Shown piece by piece: positions 10,781 through 19,946 of a DNA stretch of 51,459 nucleotides. The DNA lies in contig JAAYWN010000117.1 in NCBI GenBank assembly GCA_012516665.1, forward strand, positions 1 through 51,459. The letters run 5' to 3'. The position numbers were made by a program, and so were the translations under genes. The DNA is from Erysipelotrichaceae bacterium. Its GTDB lineage: Bacteria > Bacillota_I > Bacilli_A > Erysipelotrichales > Erysipelotrichaceae. The notes under the pieces are model-generated. The model did not search any database. It saw only the letters and a program-made list of their open reading frames with translations, and had not been told where the DNA came from. Each line of letters begins with the position of its first letter. Position 1 is the first letter of the stretch.

Positions 10781-11934
10781 AGAGATTGGTATTGTTAGGT
10801 GCCAGCGGTTCCATCGGTATGCAGACCATAGATGTAGTGCATCAGCATCCATCTGATTTTGAAGTCATTGCCTTCAGTGTGGGACACCATATTGAGAAAA
10901 TTGCTGAGATCCTGAAGGATTCTCCGGTGAAAAATATTTGTGTTCAGGAAGAGAAAGATGCTATTGAACTTGCCCATGTTTATCCTGACATTCATTTTGT
11001 TTATGGCGATGAGGGGTTATGCTGGCTGGCTGAGAAATGTGAATATGATCTGCTGGTCAATGCATTGGTCGGTTTTGTTGGTTTTATGCCGACGCTGAAA
11101 GCCATTGAGAGCGGTCATGATGTAGCTTTGGCAAACAAGGAGACATTGGTCGTGGGCGGCAAACTGATCTATGAAGCACTGCATCGCTGCCATCGTTCAC
11201 TGTATCCGATCGACAGTGAACACAGTGCCATCTTTCAATGTCTGCAAGGCAATCGCCATGCAGAAGTGAAACGCTTGATCATTACAGCAAGCGGCGGCAG
11301 CTTTCGTACAAAGAACCGTGAAGAACTGAAAGATGTCACTGTTGAACAGGCCTTGAATCATCCGAATTGGACAATGGGCGCAAAGATCACGATCGACAGT
11401 GCGACAATGATGAACAAGGGCTTTGAAGTAACGGAGGCCCATTGGCTTTTTGATATGGACTATGATCATATTGATGTTCTGATGCATCCAGAATCCGTTG
11501 TGCATTCGATGGTAGAATATGTGGATCACAGTACCATTGCACAGATGGGTGCAGCAGATATGCGGCTGCCGATCCAATATGCATTGACTTGGCCGCAGAG
11601 ATATCCTTTGGCTCAGGAGCATCCCTTAGATCTGGCAGAGATAGGCTCGCTTCATTTTTCTAAGCCGGATGTGAGAAGATTTCCTCTGCTTGCTTTAGCA
11701 TATGAGGCTGGCAGAAAGGGCGGCAATCTGGATGCGGTGATGAACGGTGCGAATGAAGAAGCCAACGCTGCTTTCCGCAAGGGAATCATTCCCTTTTTAA
11801 TGATTGAGGAAATCGTCATTCGAGCTGTAAATCTGGCACCTTTTAAAGAAGTTGAAACAGTGCAGGATCTGATGGATGGGGATGTCTGGGGAAGAAACTT
11901 TGCCCGAACGCAAATTGAAAGGAACCGTATTTAA
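10777..11934 (+). CDS. dxr: 1-deoxy-D-xylulose-5-phosphate reductoisomerase
   Basis: LGASGSIG, LANKE, PIDSEHSAIFQ, TASGGSFR, HPNWTMGAKITIDSATMMNKGFE. ATGA overlap with cdsA. Confidence 0.97.
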   Translation: MKRLVLLGASGSIGMQTIDVVHQHPSDFEVIAFSVGHHIEKIAEILKDSPVKNICVQEEKDAIELAHVYPDIHFVYGDEGLCWLAEKCEYDLLVNALVGFVGFMPTLKAIESGHDVALANKETLVVGGKLIYEALHRCHRSLYPIDSEHSAIFQCLQGNRHAEVKRLIITASGGSFRTKNREELKDVTVEQALNHPNWTMGAKITIDSATMMNKGFEVTEAHWLFDMDYDHIDVLMHPESVVHSMVEYVDHSTIAQMGAADMRLPIQYALTWPQRYPLAQEHPLDLAEIGSLHFSKPDVRRFPLLALAYEAGRKGGNLDAVMNGANEEANAAFRKGIIPFLMIEEIVIRAVNLAPFKEVETVQDLMDGDVWGRNFARTQIERNRI

Positions 11935-13005
11935 ATGAATTTCATGAATATTATTTATTTTCTGCTCCTGCTGAGCCTGATCATTGTGATCCATGAACTT
12001 GGCCATTTCTTGGCAGCGAAACTGTTTGGTGTCTGGTGCTATGAGTTCTCCTTTGGCATGGGACCTCTTATTTTTAAACATCAGGGGAAAGAGACACAGT
12101 TCTCGATCCGTGCTCTTCCTATCGGCGGCTATGTTGCAATGGCAGGAGAACAGGATGGCGATGAGGCATATCCTGATGTTTCTGTGCCAGAGGGAAGAAG
12201 ACTGACAGACAAGAAGCCATGGCAGAAGATCATTGTCATGCTTGCAGGTGTATTCAATAACTTTGTTCTGGCTTTTCTGATCTTCAGCTTTGTTATCTTA
12301 GGAAATGGGACGTTCTCGACATCGCCAAAGGCAGTGGTCGATCAGATCACGGAAGGGAGCCCAGCTGAAAAGGCAGGCTTTGAAGTTGGTGATGTAATCA
12401 AAAAGATCGTGAAAGAAGATGGCTCTAGTGTAGAACCAGAGAGCTATATCGATATGCAGTCCTTCAGTTATAACTACACGGGAATGGAAACATATACCGT
12501 TGAGCGCAATGGGCAGGAGATCGTTATTCAGGTGACTCCAGAGTACAGCAGTGAAACAGAATCATATCTGATCGGTATTGTGGCACCGGATGCAGAAACG
12601 GTCAATATCAATCTGCTCAACTGCTGGTACTATGGCGGCTATGAAATGAAGAGCATTACAAAGCTGCTGTTTACGACATTGGCAGGATTATTCTTCCATG
12701 GCTCAGGATTGGAACAGATGAGCGGACCGGTCGGCATTTATCAGGCGGCTGGTACGTATGCGTCCATGGGTGTTTCGGCCTTCATGTTCTTGGTCGCTGA
12801 GCTGAGCCTGAATGTAGGAATCTTCAATCTGCTGCCGCTGCCAGTCTTGGATGGCGGTCAGGTGATCATCACGATCATTGAATGGATTGCGCATCGCCCA
12901 TTGAATCAAAAGGTGAAAATGGGTATTATGATTGCATGCTGGGCACTGCTGATCGGATTTATGATCTTTGTAACATGGAATGATATCAGCCGATTATTCA
13001 GCTAA
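11935..13005 (+). CDS. rseP: RIP metalloprotease RseP (site-2 protease with one PDZ domain)
   Basis: HELGH, FSFGMGP, PIGGY, GSPAEKAG PDZ signature, NLLPLPVLDGG. Confidence 0.93.
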   Translation: MNFMNIIYFLLLLSLIIVIHELGHFLAAKLFGVWCYEFSFGMGPLIFKHQGKETQFSIRALPIGGYVAMAGEQDGDEAYPDVSVPEGRRLTDKKPWQKIIVMLAGVFNNFVLAFLIFSFVILGNGTFSTSPKAVVDQITEGSPAEKAGFEVGDVIKKIVKEDGSSVEPESYIDMQSFSYNYTGMETYTVERNGQEIVIQVTPEYSSETESYLIGIVAPDAETVNINLLNCWYYGGYEMKSITKLLFTTLAGLFFHGSGLEQMSGPVGIYQAAGTYASMGVSAFMFLVAELSLNVGIFNLLPLPVLDGGQVIITIIEWIAHRPLNQKVKMGIMIACWALLIGFMIFVTWNDISRLFS

Positions 13006-13021
13006 AAGAAAAGAGGAATTT

Positions 13022-14038
13022 ATGGCAGCAATTCTTGTAACAGGGGGAACAGGATATATTGGTTCCCATACATGCGTGGAACTGATCCAGGCAGGCTATG
13101 AAGTGATCGTTTTAGATAATCTTTACAATTCTAATAAAGTTGTATTGGACCGTATTCAGACCATTACCGGCATCAAACCGAAGTTCTATGATATGGATGT
13201 TCTGGATCGGGCTGGCTTGGACCGTGTCTTTGCGGAGAATCACATTGATGCCGTGATCCATTTTGCGGGATATAAAGCAGTCGGTGAATCTGTTGAAAAG
13301 CCTCTGCTGTATTATGAAAATAATATTACGGGCTCGATCAATCTGTATCAGGCGATGAAGAAAGCTGGATGCAAGACCATCGTGTTCTCTTCTTCAGCAA
13401 CGGTATACGGCGATCCTGAAAAGTGTCCGATCACGGAAGATTCCAAGGTTGGCGGAACAACAAATCCATATGGGACTTCAAAGCTGATGAATGAAAAGAT
13501 CTTGGAAGATACGGCAAAACCGGATCCTGATTGGTCCGTCATGCTGCTGAGATACTTCAATCCGATCGGCGCACATCAGAGCGGACTGCTTGGTGAAGTG
13601 CCGAATGGCATTCCAAACAACTTAGTTCCGTATATTGCTCGTGTTGCCAATGGAACATTGGAATATCTGCGTGTCTTCGGCAATGATTATCCAACCCCGG
13701 ATGGTACAGGCGTCAGAGACTATATCCATGTTGTCGATCTGGCCAAAGGACACATCGGTGCGGTCGATTATGCACTGCATCACAAGGGTGTTGAACACAT
13801 CAATCTTGGTACTGGAATCGGATACTCTGTGCTGGATGTCCTGCATGCATATGAAAAAGCATGCGGAAAGACATTGCCGTATAAGATCTTGGCAAGACGC
13901 CCAGGCGATATTGCTGAGTGCTATGCAGATGCATCCAAAGCAAAGAAGCTGCTTGGATGGTCAGCGCAGTATGGCATTGATGATATGTGCCGCGATTCAT
14001 GGAACTTTACTTTAAAAAATCCGCATGGAATTGAATGA
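13022..14038 (+). CDS. galE: UDP-glucose 4-epimerase
   Basis: ILVTGGTGYIGSH, KAVGES, FSSSATVYG, YGTSK, LRYFNPIGAH, RDYIHVVDLA. Start at ATG 13022 after GAGGA. Confidence 0.96.
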   Translation: MAAILVTGGTGYIGSHTCVELIQAGYEVIVLDNLYNSNKVVLDRIQTITGIKPKFYDMDVLDRAGLDRVFAENHIDAVIHFAGYKAVGESVEKPLLYYENNITGSINLYQAMKKAGCKTIVFSSSATVYGDPEKCPITEDSKVGGTTNPYGTSKLMNEKILEDTAKPDPDWSVMLLRYFNPIGAHQSGLLGEVPNGIPNNLVPYIARVANGTLEYLRVFGNDYPTPDGTGVRDYIHVVDLAKGHIGAVDYALHHKGVEHINLGTGIGYSVLDVLHAYEKACGKTLPYKILARRPGDIAECYADASKAKKLLGWSAQYGIDDMCRDSWNFTLKNPHGIE

Positions 14039-14064
14039 AACAGGGCCTGTGCCCTGTTTTCTTT
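14038..14064 (+). terminator. Intrinsic terminator after galE
   Basis: AAACAGGGC-CTGT-GCCCTGTTT followed by TCTTT. Confidence 0.75.
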
Positions 14065-14110
14065 GAATATTTTTATATATAATAAAATAAGTGAGTAGGA
14101 GGATCCTGCC

Positions 14111-15091
14111 TTGAATGATACAAAGAAAAGAAATATGAAGATCGTATTGATCGCGGTCTTAGCAAGTGCGGTCGCAGTTGGCTGCATTGCATTGATCATG
14201 CTGAATCAGAATAAGAATAAAAATACGGATGCATCAAGCACCTCATCTGCTTCTTCCAGTGCGTCAGCTTCTTCCAGTGCAGATGCGGAGGCAGAGATGA
14301 CCGTGAAATGCAATTCATATTCTGTCTATACATTGAATGATACAGACTTTGGCTTTGTCATAGCCAAGGCACATATCAAAGCAAAGAGCACTGTCAATCT
14401 CAATCTTGATCATTTCACGACAGAAGATGGCATTAAGCTTTCAGCCGTCAGCCAGTATGCAGATGCACTGAATGAAAAGGGATACAGCTTAAAATCCCTT
14501 AGCATTGCGGATGCTATTATCACCAGCAGTGATACAGAAACAGATGCCAATCTGTTTATTCCTTATAAGAACAAAGATGCAGAAACGCTCAAGGTAACAT
14601 GCGATTTAAATGCAGACTGTGATCTTTCCTTCAATTTATCCAGCTCAGATCATATTGGAGAAGCACTGAAGAAAAAGACGGAAACGGCTGCTCCAACAGA
14701 ACAGAGCGCATTGAACATCACAATTGATCATGCTTCGGAAATTGATGCAGAAAAAGTCCTGACTGATAATGATGAAGCATATTTCCTGCCGTCAACGGCC
14801 AGAGTGTATGGCTTTCATGTGCATGTCACAGCACCGAGCGGTCAGTCTGTGCAGATCGTGTCGGCATCTTTCGATGGCGGTGAAAATGGCATCATTCAGG
14901 CTGAGAAAGCATCTGTACATACTTCCGTACAGGCAAGTATTATCAATCAGTCGATCAGCGCTTCCGGAGATGGATACATCTTTATCATCCTGCTGGATCC
15001 AGGACATACGATCTCGGCCATCAGCGGAACAATGAATCTTCAGATGAGCGATGAAAGTCAGAATGCATCATTGGCAGCAAGTTTAGGTTAA
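14111..15091 (+). CDS. Hypothetical membrane-anchored extracellular protein
   Basis: TTG start after AGGAGG. Basic N-terminus, one hydrophobic helix, a Ser/Ala linker, then two apparently beta-rich regions. No family recognised. Confidence 0.75.
   Translation: MNDTKKRNMKIVLIAVLASAVAVGCIALIMLNQNKNKNTDASSTSSASSSASASSSADAEAEMTVKCNSYSVYTLNDTDFGFVIAKAHIKAKSTVNLNLDHFTTEDGIKLSAVSQYADALNEKGYSLKSLSIADAIITSSDTETDANLFIPYKNKDAETLKVTCDLNADCDLSFNLSSSDHIGEALKKKTETAAPTEQSALNITIDHASEIDAEKVLTDNDEAYFLPSTARVYGFHVHVTAPSGQSVQIVSASFDGGENGIIQAEKASVHTSVQASIINQSISASGDGYIFIILLDPGHTISAISGTMNLQMSDESQNASLAASLG
14249..14280 (+). repeat. Direct repeat with 18 bp period, encoding the Ser/Ala linker
   Basis: GCTTCTTCCAGTGC at 14249-14262 and again at 14267-14280. 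Confidence 0.7.
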
Positions 15092-15101
15092 GGAGACAGT
15101 C

Positions 15102-17141
15102 ATGAAAAAAATCAAAAATTTTATTCTGATCTTAGCAATGATTGTAACAATGGTCCCAATCATTGAACATAATACAATTGCGGTGCAGGCTAAAACAAGC
15201 TACGGCTATTACAGTCTGAACTGCGGCAGTTCGTATGAGGTCGATACGATCAATGACAATGGCGGCTTTGACTATAAAGGCTGCTACGTTGATCTTTCTA
15301 CTGCTAAAAATGCGATGAGAGCAGCTGGAACGGATGCTGTTGTAAGGCATGCAGGAAGCTATTCAGCCAATCAGATCATTGCCATGACAAGCGGCTTTGT
15401 ATATACATCAGGTTTCCGCAGCGGTTCATCAACTGTCAATGTATATGGCTATGGTGCTTCTTCTTCCGCTTCTACGTATATTCAGAATTATCGCGGAATG
15501 TATTATGAAGATACCCTTGATTATGATGGTGCGGGAGACGGCAGTGTTCTGGTCAATGCCTTTGGTTTTGAAGGCACCGTATCGATGAGCAATGTTGATT
15601 TTATACCGATGAAGTTCTTTGTGAATGATCTGCCGATCTGGGTCGCTGGAAATGCAGCGGATGGTACGGATCCATGGTGCGTCATACCAAACAGCACGTA
15701 TTATAAAGTGGTGCGCAATGGCAATTATCTGGACCTTGTATATCATGGCTTCAATGATTATCCAGGCAATGGCAACGGTACCCATGCACAGTCGTTTACA
15801 GGCAATCTTGCCGTGGGCCCGGCAGCTTCCTGGATGAGCGAAGGGAGTATCTACTATTCTTTGGATGATGTGACTTTCTATTCAGATTATAGCTTTGCGC
15901 AGAAAGCAGGGACATATTACAACTATTATCTCTATCAGCCGCTGCGGACAAGATCCAATATTTCTGCAGATATTTACAACAGCTTCCTGAGTGAACAGGG
16001 ATATGATTCTTCTTCTGCATTATGGGACATGGGAGCGGCATTTATCAACGGTCAGAATACATATGGCATCAATGCGGCAATGGTCTTCGCACAGGCATGT
16101 TGCGAGTCTGCGTACGGCACAAGCGGGTATGCGAGGAACTATAACAATCTGTTCGGTGTAGGCGCCTATGATGATGGACCTTCCGTCATGAATTTTGCAA
16201 GCGTGACAAAGTCCATCAACAATCAGATGGGACTTCTGCTCAGGTATTATACAGATACCGACTGTGTTTGGTATTATGGCGGTGCATATGGTAATAAAGG
16301 AGCAGGTATTACAACAAAATATGCTTCGGCAGCTACTTATGGATTGACTTTGGCATCGATCTATTATCGTTTTGATAAATATGCTTCAGGTAATAACGGC
16401 AGTCTGACAGATGCGCAGTCTTCGACCATTGGTATTTTGAATGATACAGTAGCAAATGTTTATACAGATGCCGCCTGTTCCTCTGTACTTTACACATATC
16501 GCTATGGCAATAATACTGATTATTTAAAGAATCAGGCTGTTGTTATCTTAGGCAAAGTAGGAGATTGCTATCAGATCCAGTCAACAGACTATGTATCCAA
16601 TGGTACGCAGATGCATGTGGATAATAAGCAGTATGCGGCTTACGATTGGAATGGAATGGTAGGCTATATTAAGATTTCTGATGTTAAGACATTGATCAAT
16701 TCAGATGGTTCTGGTATTCATGATCTTGGCAGTGCAAAAGATATGTATCGTCTGTACAATCCTAACAGCGGTGAACATTTCTATACAGCAGATGTCAATG
16801 AAAAAAATAACTTGTCCAATATTGGATGGGTCTATGAAGGAATAGGCTGGAAAGCTCCGGCATCATCATCTTCACCTGTCTACCGTCTTTACAACCCGAA
16901 TTCAGGCGACCATCACTATACAATGAATGTCAATGAGCGTGATTGGCTTGTGACATTAGGATGGATATCCGAAGGCATCGGCTGGTATTCAGATGACGCA
17001 AAGAGCGTACCGCTGTATCGTCAATACAATCCGAATGAAAGTGTAGGAACACATAACTATACAAAATCATTGGCTGAGAATGATTGGCTTGTGACTTTGG
17101 GATGGTCAGCCGAAGGCATTGGATGGTATGGCGTGAATTAA
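15102..17141 (+). CDS. Secreted GH73-type glucosaminidase (putative autolysin) with C-terminal DUF5648-like repeats
   Basis: Signal peptide ending AVQA; YGINA...CESAYGTS...NNLFG...KYAS; three YRxYNPNxxxHxYT...GWxxEGIGW repeats. Confidence 0.8.
   Translation: MKKIKNFILILAMIVTMVPIIEHNTIAVQAKTSYGYYSLNCGSSYEVDTINDNGGFDYKGCYVDLSTAKNAMRAAGTDAVVRHAGSYSANQIIAMTSGFVYTSGFRSGSSTVNVYGYGASSSASTYIQNYRGMYYEDTLDYDGAGDGSVLVNAFGFEGTVSMSNVDFIPMKFFVNDLPIWVAGNAADGTDPWCVIPNSTYYKVVRNGNYLDLVYHGFNDYPGNGNGTHAQSFTGNLAVGPAASWMSEGSIYYSLDDVTFYSDYSFAQKAGTYYNYYLYQPLRTRSNISADIYNSFLSEQGYDSSSALWDMGAAFINGQNTYGINAAMVFAQACCESAYGTSGYARNYNNLFGVGAYDDGPSVMNFASVTKSINNQMGLLLRYYTDTDCVWYYGGAYGNKGAGITTKYASAATYGLTLASIYYRFDKYASGNNGSLTDAQSSTIGILNDTVANVYTDAACSSVLYTYRYGNNTDYLKNQAVVILGKVGDCYQIQSTDYVSNGTQMHVDNKQYAAYDWNGMVGYIKISDVKTLINSDGSGIHDLGSAKDMYRLYNPNSGEHFYTADVNEKNNLSNIGWVYEGIGWKAPASSSSPVYRLYNPNSGDHHYTMNVNERDWLVTLGWISEGIGWYSDDAKSVPLYRQYNPNESVGTHNYTKSLAENDWLVTLGWSAEGIGWYGVN
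16941..17129 (+). repeat. Intragenic DNA repeat with 141 bp offset between cell-surface repeat units 2 and 3
   Basis: GATTGGCTTGTGAC...GGATGG...CCGAAGGCAT.GG.TGGTAT starting at 16941 and at 17082. Confidence 0.75.
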
Positions 17142-17153
17142 GGAGAAGACAGG

Positions 17154-17585
17154 ATGATAGGAATTGTTGTAGCAGGACATGGTACATTTGCTTCAGGGAT
17201 GAAGGATGCTGTCACATTGCTGGTAGGCAGACCTGAGTATTTCGAAGCCGTAGATTTTGCTTTGGAAAACAGCACAGATGATCTGGAATTTCATTTAAAA
17301 GATGTAATTGAATCAATGAAGGGGTGCGATGGCATTCTGATCTGTACAGATGTTTTAGGAGGCTCACCATTTAAGGAAGCAGCTGAGCTCAGTGAAGAGC
17401 TGGCAGATCAGTTTGATATTCGTATTTTATGCGGGACAAATTTGGGCATGCTGATCCAGGCAGACAGTGCCAGAGGCTATGTCAATGATGTAGATATGCT
17501 GGCAGATCTGACTGAAGAAGAAGGAAAAAAACAGATCGTGAAGTATGTCTTCAGTGAAAAAACTGATAATAATGGAGATATCTGA
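17154..17585 (+). CDS. PTS mannose/fructose/sorbose family IIA component (AgaF-like)
   Basis: IGIVVAGHGTFASG with the phospho-His, TDVLGGSPF, GTNLGML. Confidence 0.9.
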   Translation: MIGIVVAGHGTFASGMKDAVTLLVGRPEYFEAVDFALENSTDDLEFHLKDVIESMKGCDGILICTDVLGGSPFKEAAELSEELADQFDIRILCGTNLGMLIQADSARGYVNDVDMLADLTEEEGKKQIVKYVFSEKTDNNGDI

Positions 17586-17587
17586 TC

Positions 17588-18064
17588 ATGTCCTCTATTG
17601 TGCTGACTCGCATTGACGATCGTCTGATCCATGGTCAGATCTTTCTGCAGTGGTGTGCTTTTCTGAAAGCAGATCTGGTTGCTGCAGCGAATGACAAAGC
17701 GGCCGCAAGTGCTTTCTCACAGGGATTGATGGATATGGCAGTGCCGAATGAGATACAGACAAGATATTGGTCGATATCGGAAACGATTGTTCGTTTTTCA
17801 CATATGGAGAAGGAGTATCGGATCTTTCTTGTTGTACAGAGCCCAGAAGATCTCTTGGCACTGAAACAAGGAGGTGTACCGATCGAGAACGTTAATATCG
17901 GCAATCTATGCATGAAAGAGGATCGTGTGCAGAAGACGCCGAGTGTGGCGGTCAGTGCAAAAGATGTTCAGGCACTCAGAAAGCTGCAGGATCTTGGCTG
18001 CCATTTGGAGATCAGACGTTTGCCAAGCAGCGAACCGGAGGATCTTGCCGCGATATTTAAATGA
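17588..18064 (+). CDS. PTS mannose/fructose/sorbose family IIB component (AgaV-like)
   Basis: RIDDRLIHGQ with the phospho-His, AND, GGVPI.NVNIGN. Confidence 0.9.
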   Translation: MSSIVLTRIDDRLIHGQIFLQWCAFLKADLVAAANDKAAASAFSQGLMDMAVPNEIQTRYWSISETIVRFSHMEKEYRIFLVVQSPEDLLALKQGGVPIENVNIGNLCMKEDRVQKTPSVAVSAKDVQALRKLQDLGCHLEIRRLPSSEPEDLAAIFK

Positions 18065-18078
18065 AACAGCAGAAATTT

Positions 18079-18118
18079 CTCTTCTTTCCCAAATATAAAG
18101 GGAGAGAGGAGTTTTTTT
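18079..18118 (+). terminator. Terminator-like hairpin that contains the radC RBS
   Basis: CTCTTCTTTCCC (18079-18090) pairs with GGGAGAGAGGAG (18100-18111), followed by T7 and the ATG at 18120. Confidence 0.6.
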
Positions 18119-18119
18119 A

Positions 18120-18812
18120 ATGGCAATAATGAAAGAAATGCCGGGATGTGAAAGACCGCGTGAGAAGGCAATGATGTTCGGCGTCGGCTCTCTTAGTACA
18201 AGAGAGCTGCTGGCAGTCCTGCTTAGAAACGGGACAAAGGGTGAATCGGTCCTGGAGGTCGCAGATCGTCTGCTGATGCGGACAGATGGATTGAAAGGCC
18301 TGGAAAGGATCAGCCGCAGAGAACTTTGTGAGATCCGAGGAATCTCGGATGTGAAGGCAATTGAACTGCTTGCCTGTATGGAATTGAATAAAAGGACGCT
18401 GTATGAGAAAGCGGCTGAACAGGATGTCATCGCTCAGCCTGAGCATCTTGTAAAATGGCTTCAGAAAGAGATTGGTCCCTGTGTGCAGGAAAAGTTCTTG
18501 GCAGTATATCTTGATAACAGCCATCATATACTTTCAGTTCGAACAATGTTTGTCGGTACGATCAATATGAGCCATGTCTATCCAAGAGATATTCTGCGGG
18601 AAGCATTGCAGGAGTCGGCGGTCAGTATGATCATTGTGCATAATCATCCCGGCGGTTCTTTAGAACCAGGAGAAGCAGATCTTCAGGTGACTTCGCTCAT
18701 GATCAGGAGTGCATCTCTGATGGGAATCAAGATTGATGATCATCTGATCATTACCCAGAGCTCCTGGTTTTCTTTTTCACGGGCAGGAATCATGGATGAG
18801 TTGCGAAATTAA
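18120..18812 (+). CDS. radC: RadC family JAB-domain protein
   Basis: ERPREKA...LSTRELLAVLLRNG, VYPRDI, HNHPGG, DHLII. Confidence 0.93.
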   Translation: MAIMKEMPGCERPREKAMMFGVGSLSTRELLAVLLRNGTKGESVLEVADRLLMRTDGLKGLERISRRELCEIRGISDVKAIELLACMELNKRTLYEKAAEQDVIAQPEHLVKWLQKEIGPCVQEKFLAVYLDNSHHILSVRTMFVGTINMSHVYPRDILREALQESAVSMIIVHNHPGGSLEPGEADLQVTSLMIRSASLMGIKIDDHLIITQSSWFSFSRAGIMDELRN

Positions 18813-18821
18813 TGTTAAAAT
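18813..18821 (+). promoter_or_regulatory. Putative extended -10 promoter ahead of the AI-2E to dnaI gene run
   Basis: TGtTAAAAT 19 nt upstream of the AI-2E ATG. No clear -35. Confidence 0.4.
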
Positions 18822-18839
18822 AATGCAAGAGGTACGCTG

Positions 18840-19946
18840 ATGAAACTTGTTGATAAGATCAATGATACGATATACCGTGATTTCTCTCTGATGAAGCTGA
18901 TCAAGATCATTTTGGTCATGGGCATCGTCTGGCTTTTTCAGGCGACAAGCGGTATCTGGCTTGGTATTCTGAACACGGTATGGTCGGTGATCGCACCATT
19001 TGTGATTGGTTTTGTTATTGCGTATATTTTTCGCAGTCCGATTCGTTTCGGTGAGGAACATGGCATTTCTCGAAAGATCATGATACCTTTGCTGTATGTA
19101 CTGATTGCACTGTTTATCTTCTGGCTGATCTACAGCCTGGTACCTATGATCGTCAATCGGGCCGGTGATTTCATCAGCAGTATCATTAACTCGATGCAAT
19201 GGCTCCAGGATAAAGTATCAAGCATATCCAGCACCGGCTCCGGCGGCTGGCTCGACAGCTTTGTCAATGAAGGCGTTGATGCCTTGACAGCAGTGAAGAA
19301 GCTGATCCCGAATCTTTCGGACAGTCTGCCGCATATTCTGACAACGGCGATGTCTGTATTGGCAAATGCTGTGATTGCTATCGTTGTTTCCATCTTTATG
19401 TGCTTCAGCTGGGAAAAGATCCGTGCTGGCGTTGCAAAAGTATCTTACCGTGTGTCAAAGCGCTGCAATGAGATCGTGTTTGCAATCAATGAGGAAGAGA
19501 GTTTATATATCCGTTCTCTTCTGATCCTGATCATTCTGCACTTTATAGAGTATTCACTGCTGTATCTGCTGGTAGGCCATCAGGATTGGCTGATCATGGG
19601 ACTGATCACCGGCTTAGCATTGATTGTTCCGTATATCGGTCCGACGATTGCCAATGTCATCGGTATCTTTACAGCCCTTTCGCTGCCGACGGGAAACGTG
19701 ATCTTCTTAGTGATCGCAATTGTGATCATGAGCAGTACGGATGAATATGTACTGGCACCGTTTGTACATTCGCATAATACGCATGTAACACCATTATGGG
19801 CCATCTTCTCTGTCTTTGCCGGCGGGGTCCTGTTTGGCAGTGTCGGCGTCATCATTGCGATCCCTGTCTACTTGGCATTGCGTGTGATCATTCTTCGCTT
19901 CCATGAAGATCATGAAGCACAGGAAAAAATGGAGAATCAAAAATGA
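18840..19946 (+). CDS. AI-2E (UPF0118/PerM) family transporter
   Basis: Multi-TM, 368 aa; PFVIGFVIAYIF..P, IVPYIGP, P.WAIFSVFAGGVLFG..G.IIAIP. Confidence 0.88.
   Translation: MKLVDKINDTIYRDFSLMKLIKIILVMGIVWLFQATSGIWLGILNTVWSVIAPFVIGFVIAYIFRSPIRFGEEHGISRKIMIPLLYVLIALFIFWLIYSLVPMIVNRAGDFISSIINSMQWLQDKVSSISSTGSGGWLDSFVNEGVDALTAVKKLIPNLSDSLPHILTTAMSVLANAVIAIVVSIFMCFSWEKIRAGVAKVSYRVSKRCNEIVFAINEEESLYIRSLLILIILHFIEYSLLYLLVGHQDWLIMGLITGLALIVPYIGPTIANVIGIFTALSLPTGNVIFLVIAIVIMSSTDEYVLAPFVHSHNTHVTPLWAIFSVFAGGVLFGSVGVIIAIPVYLALRVIILRFHEDHEAQEKMENQK

Noticed and set aside
16740-17135. Repeated DNA as a possible CRISPR array
   Set aside because: The repeats are in-frame, degenerate at third codon positions and encode protein repeat units; there are no unique spacers and no cas genes.
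18120-18812. radC as a marker of a mobile element
   Set aside because: It is the full-length chromosomal type with the N-terminal RPRE region, and no integrase, transposase or att-like repeats are nearby.
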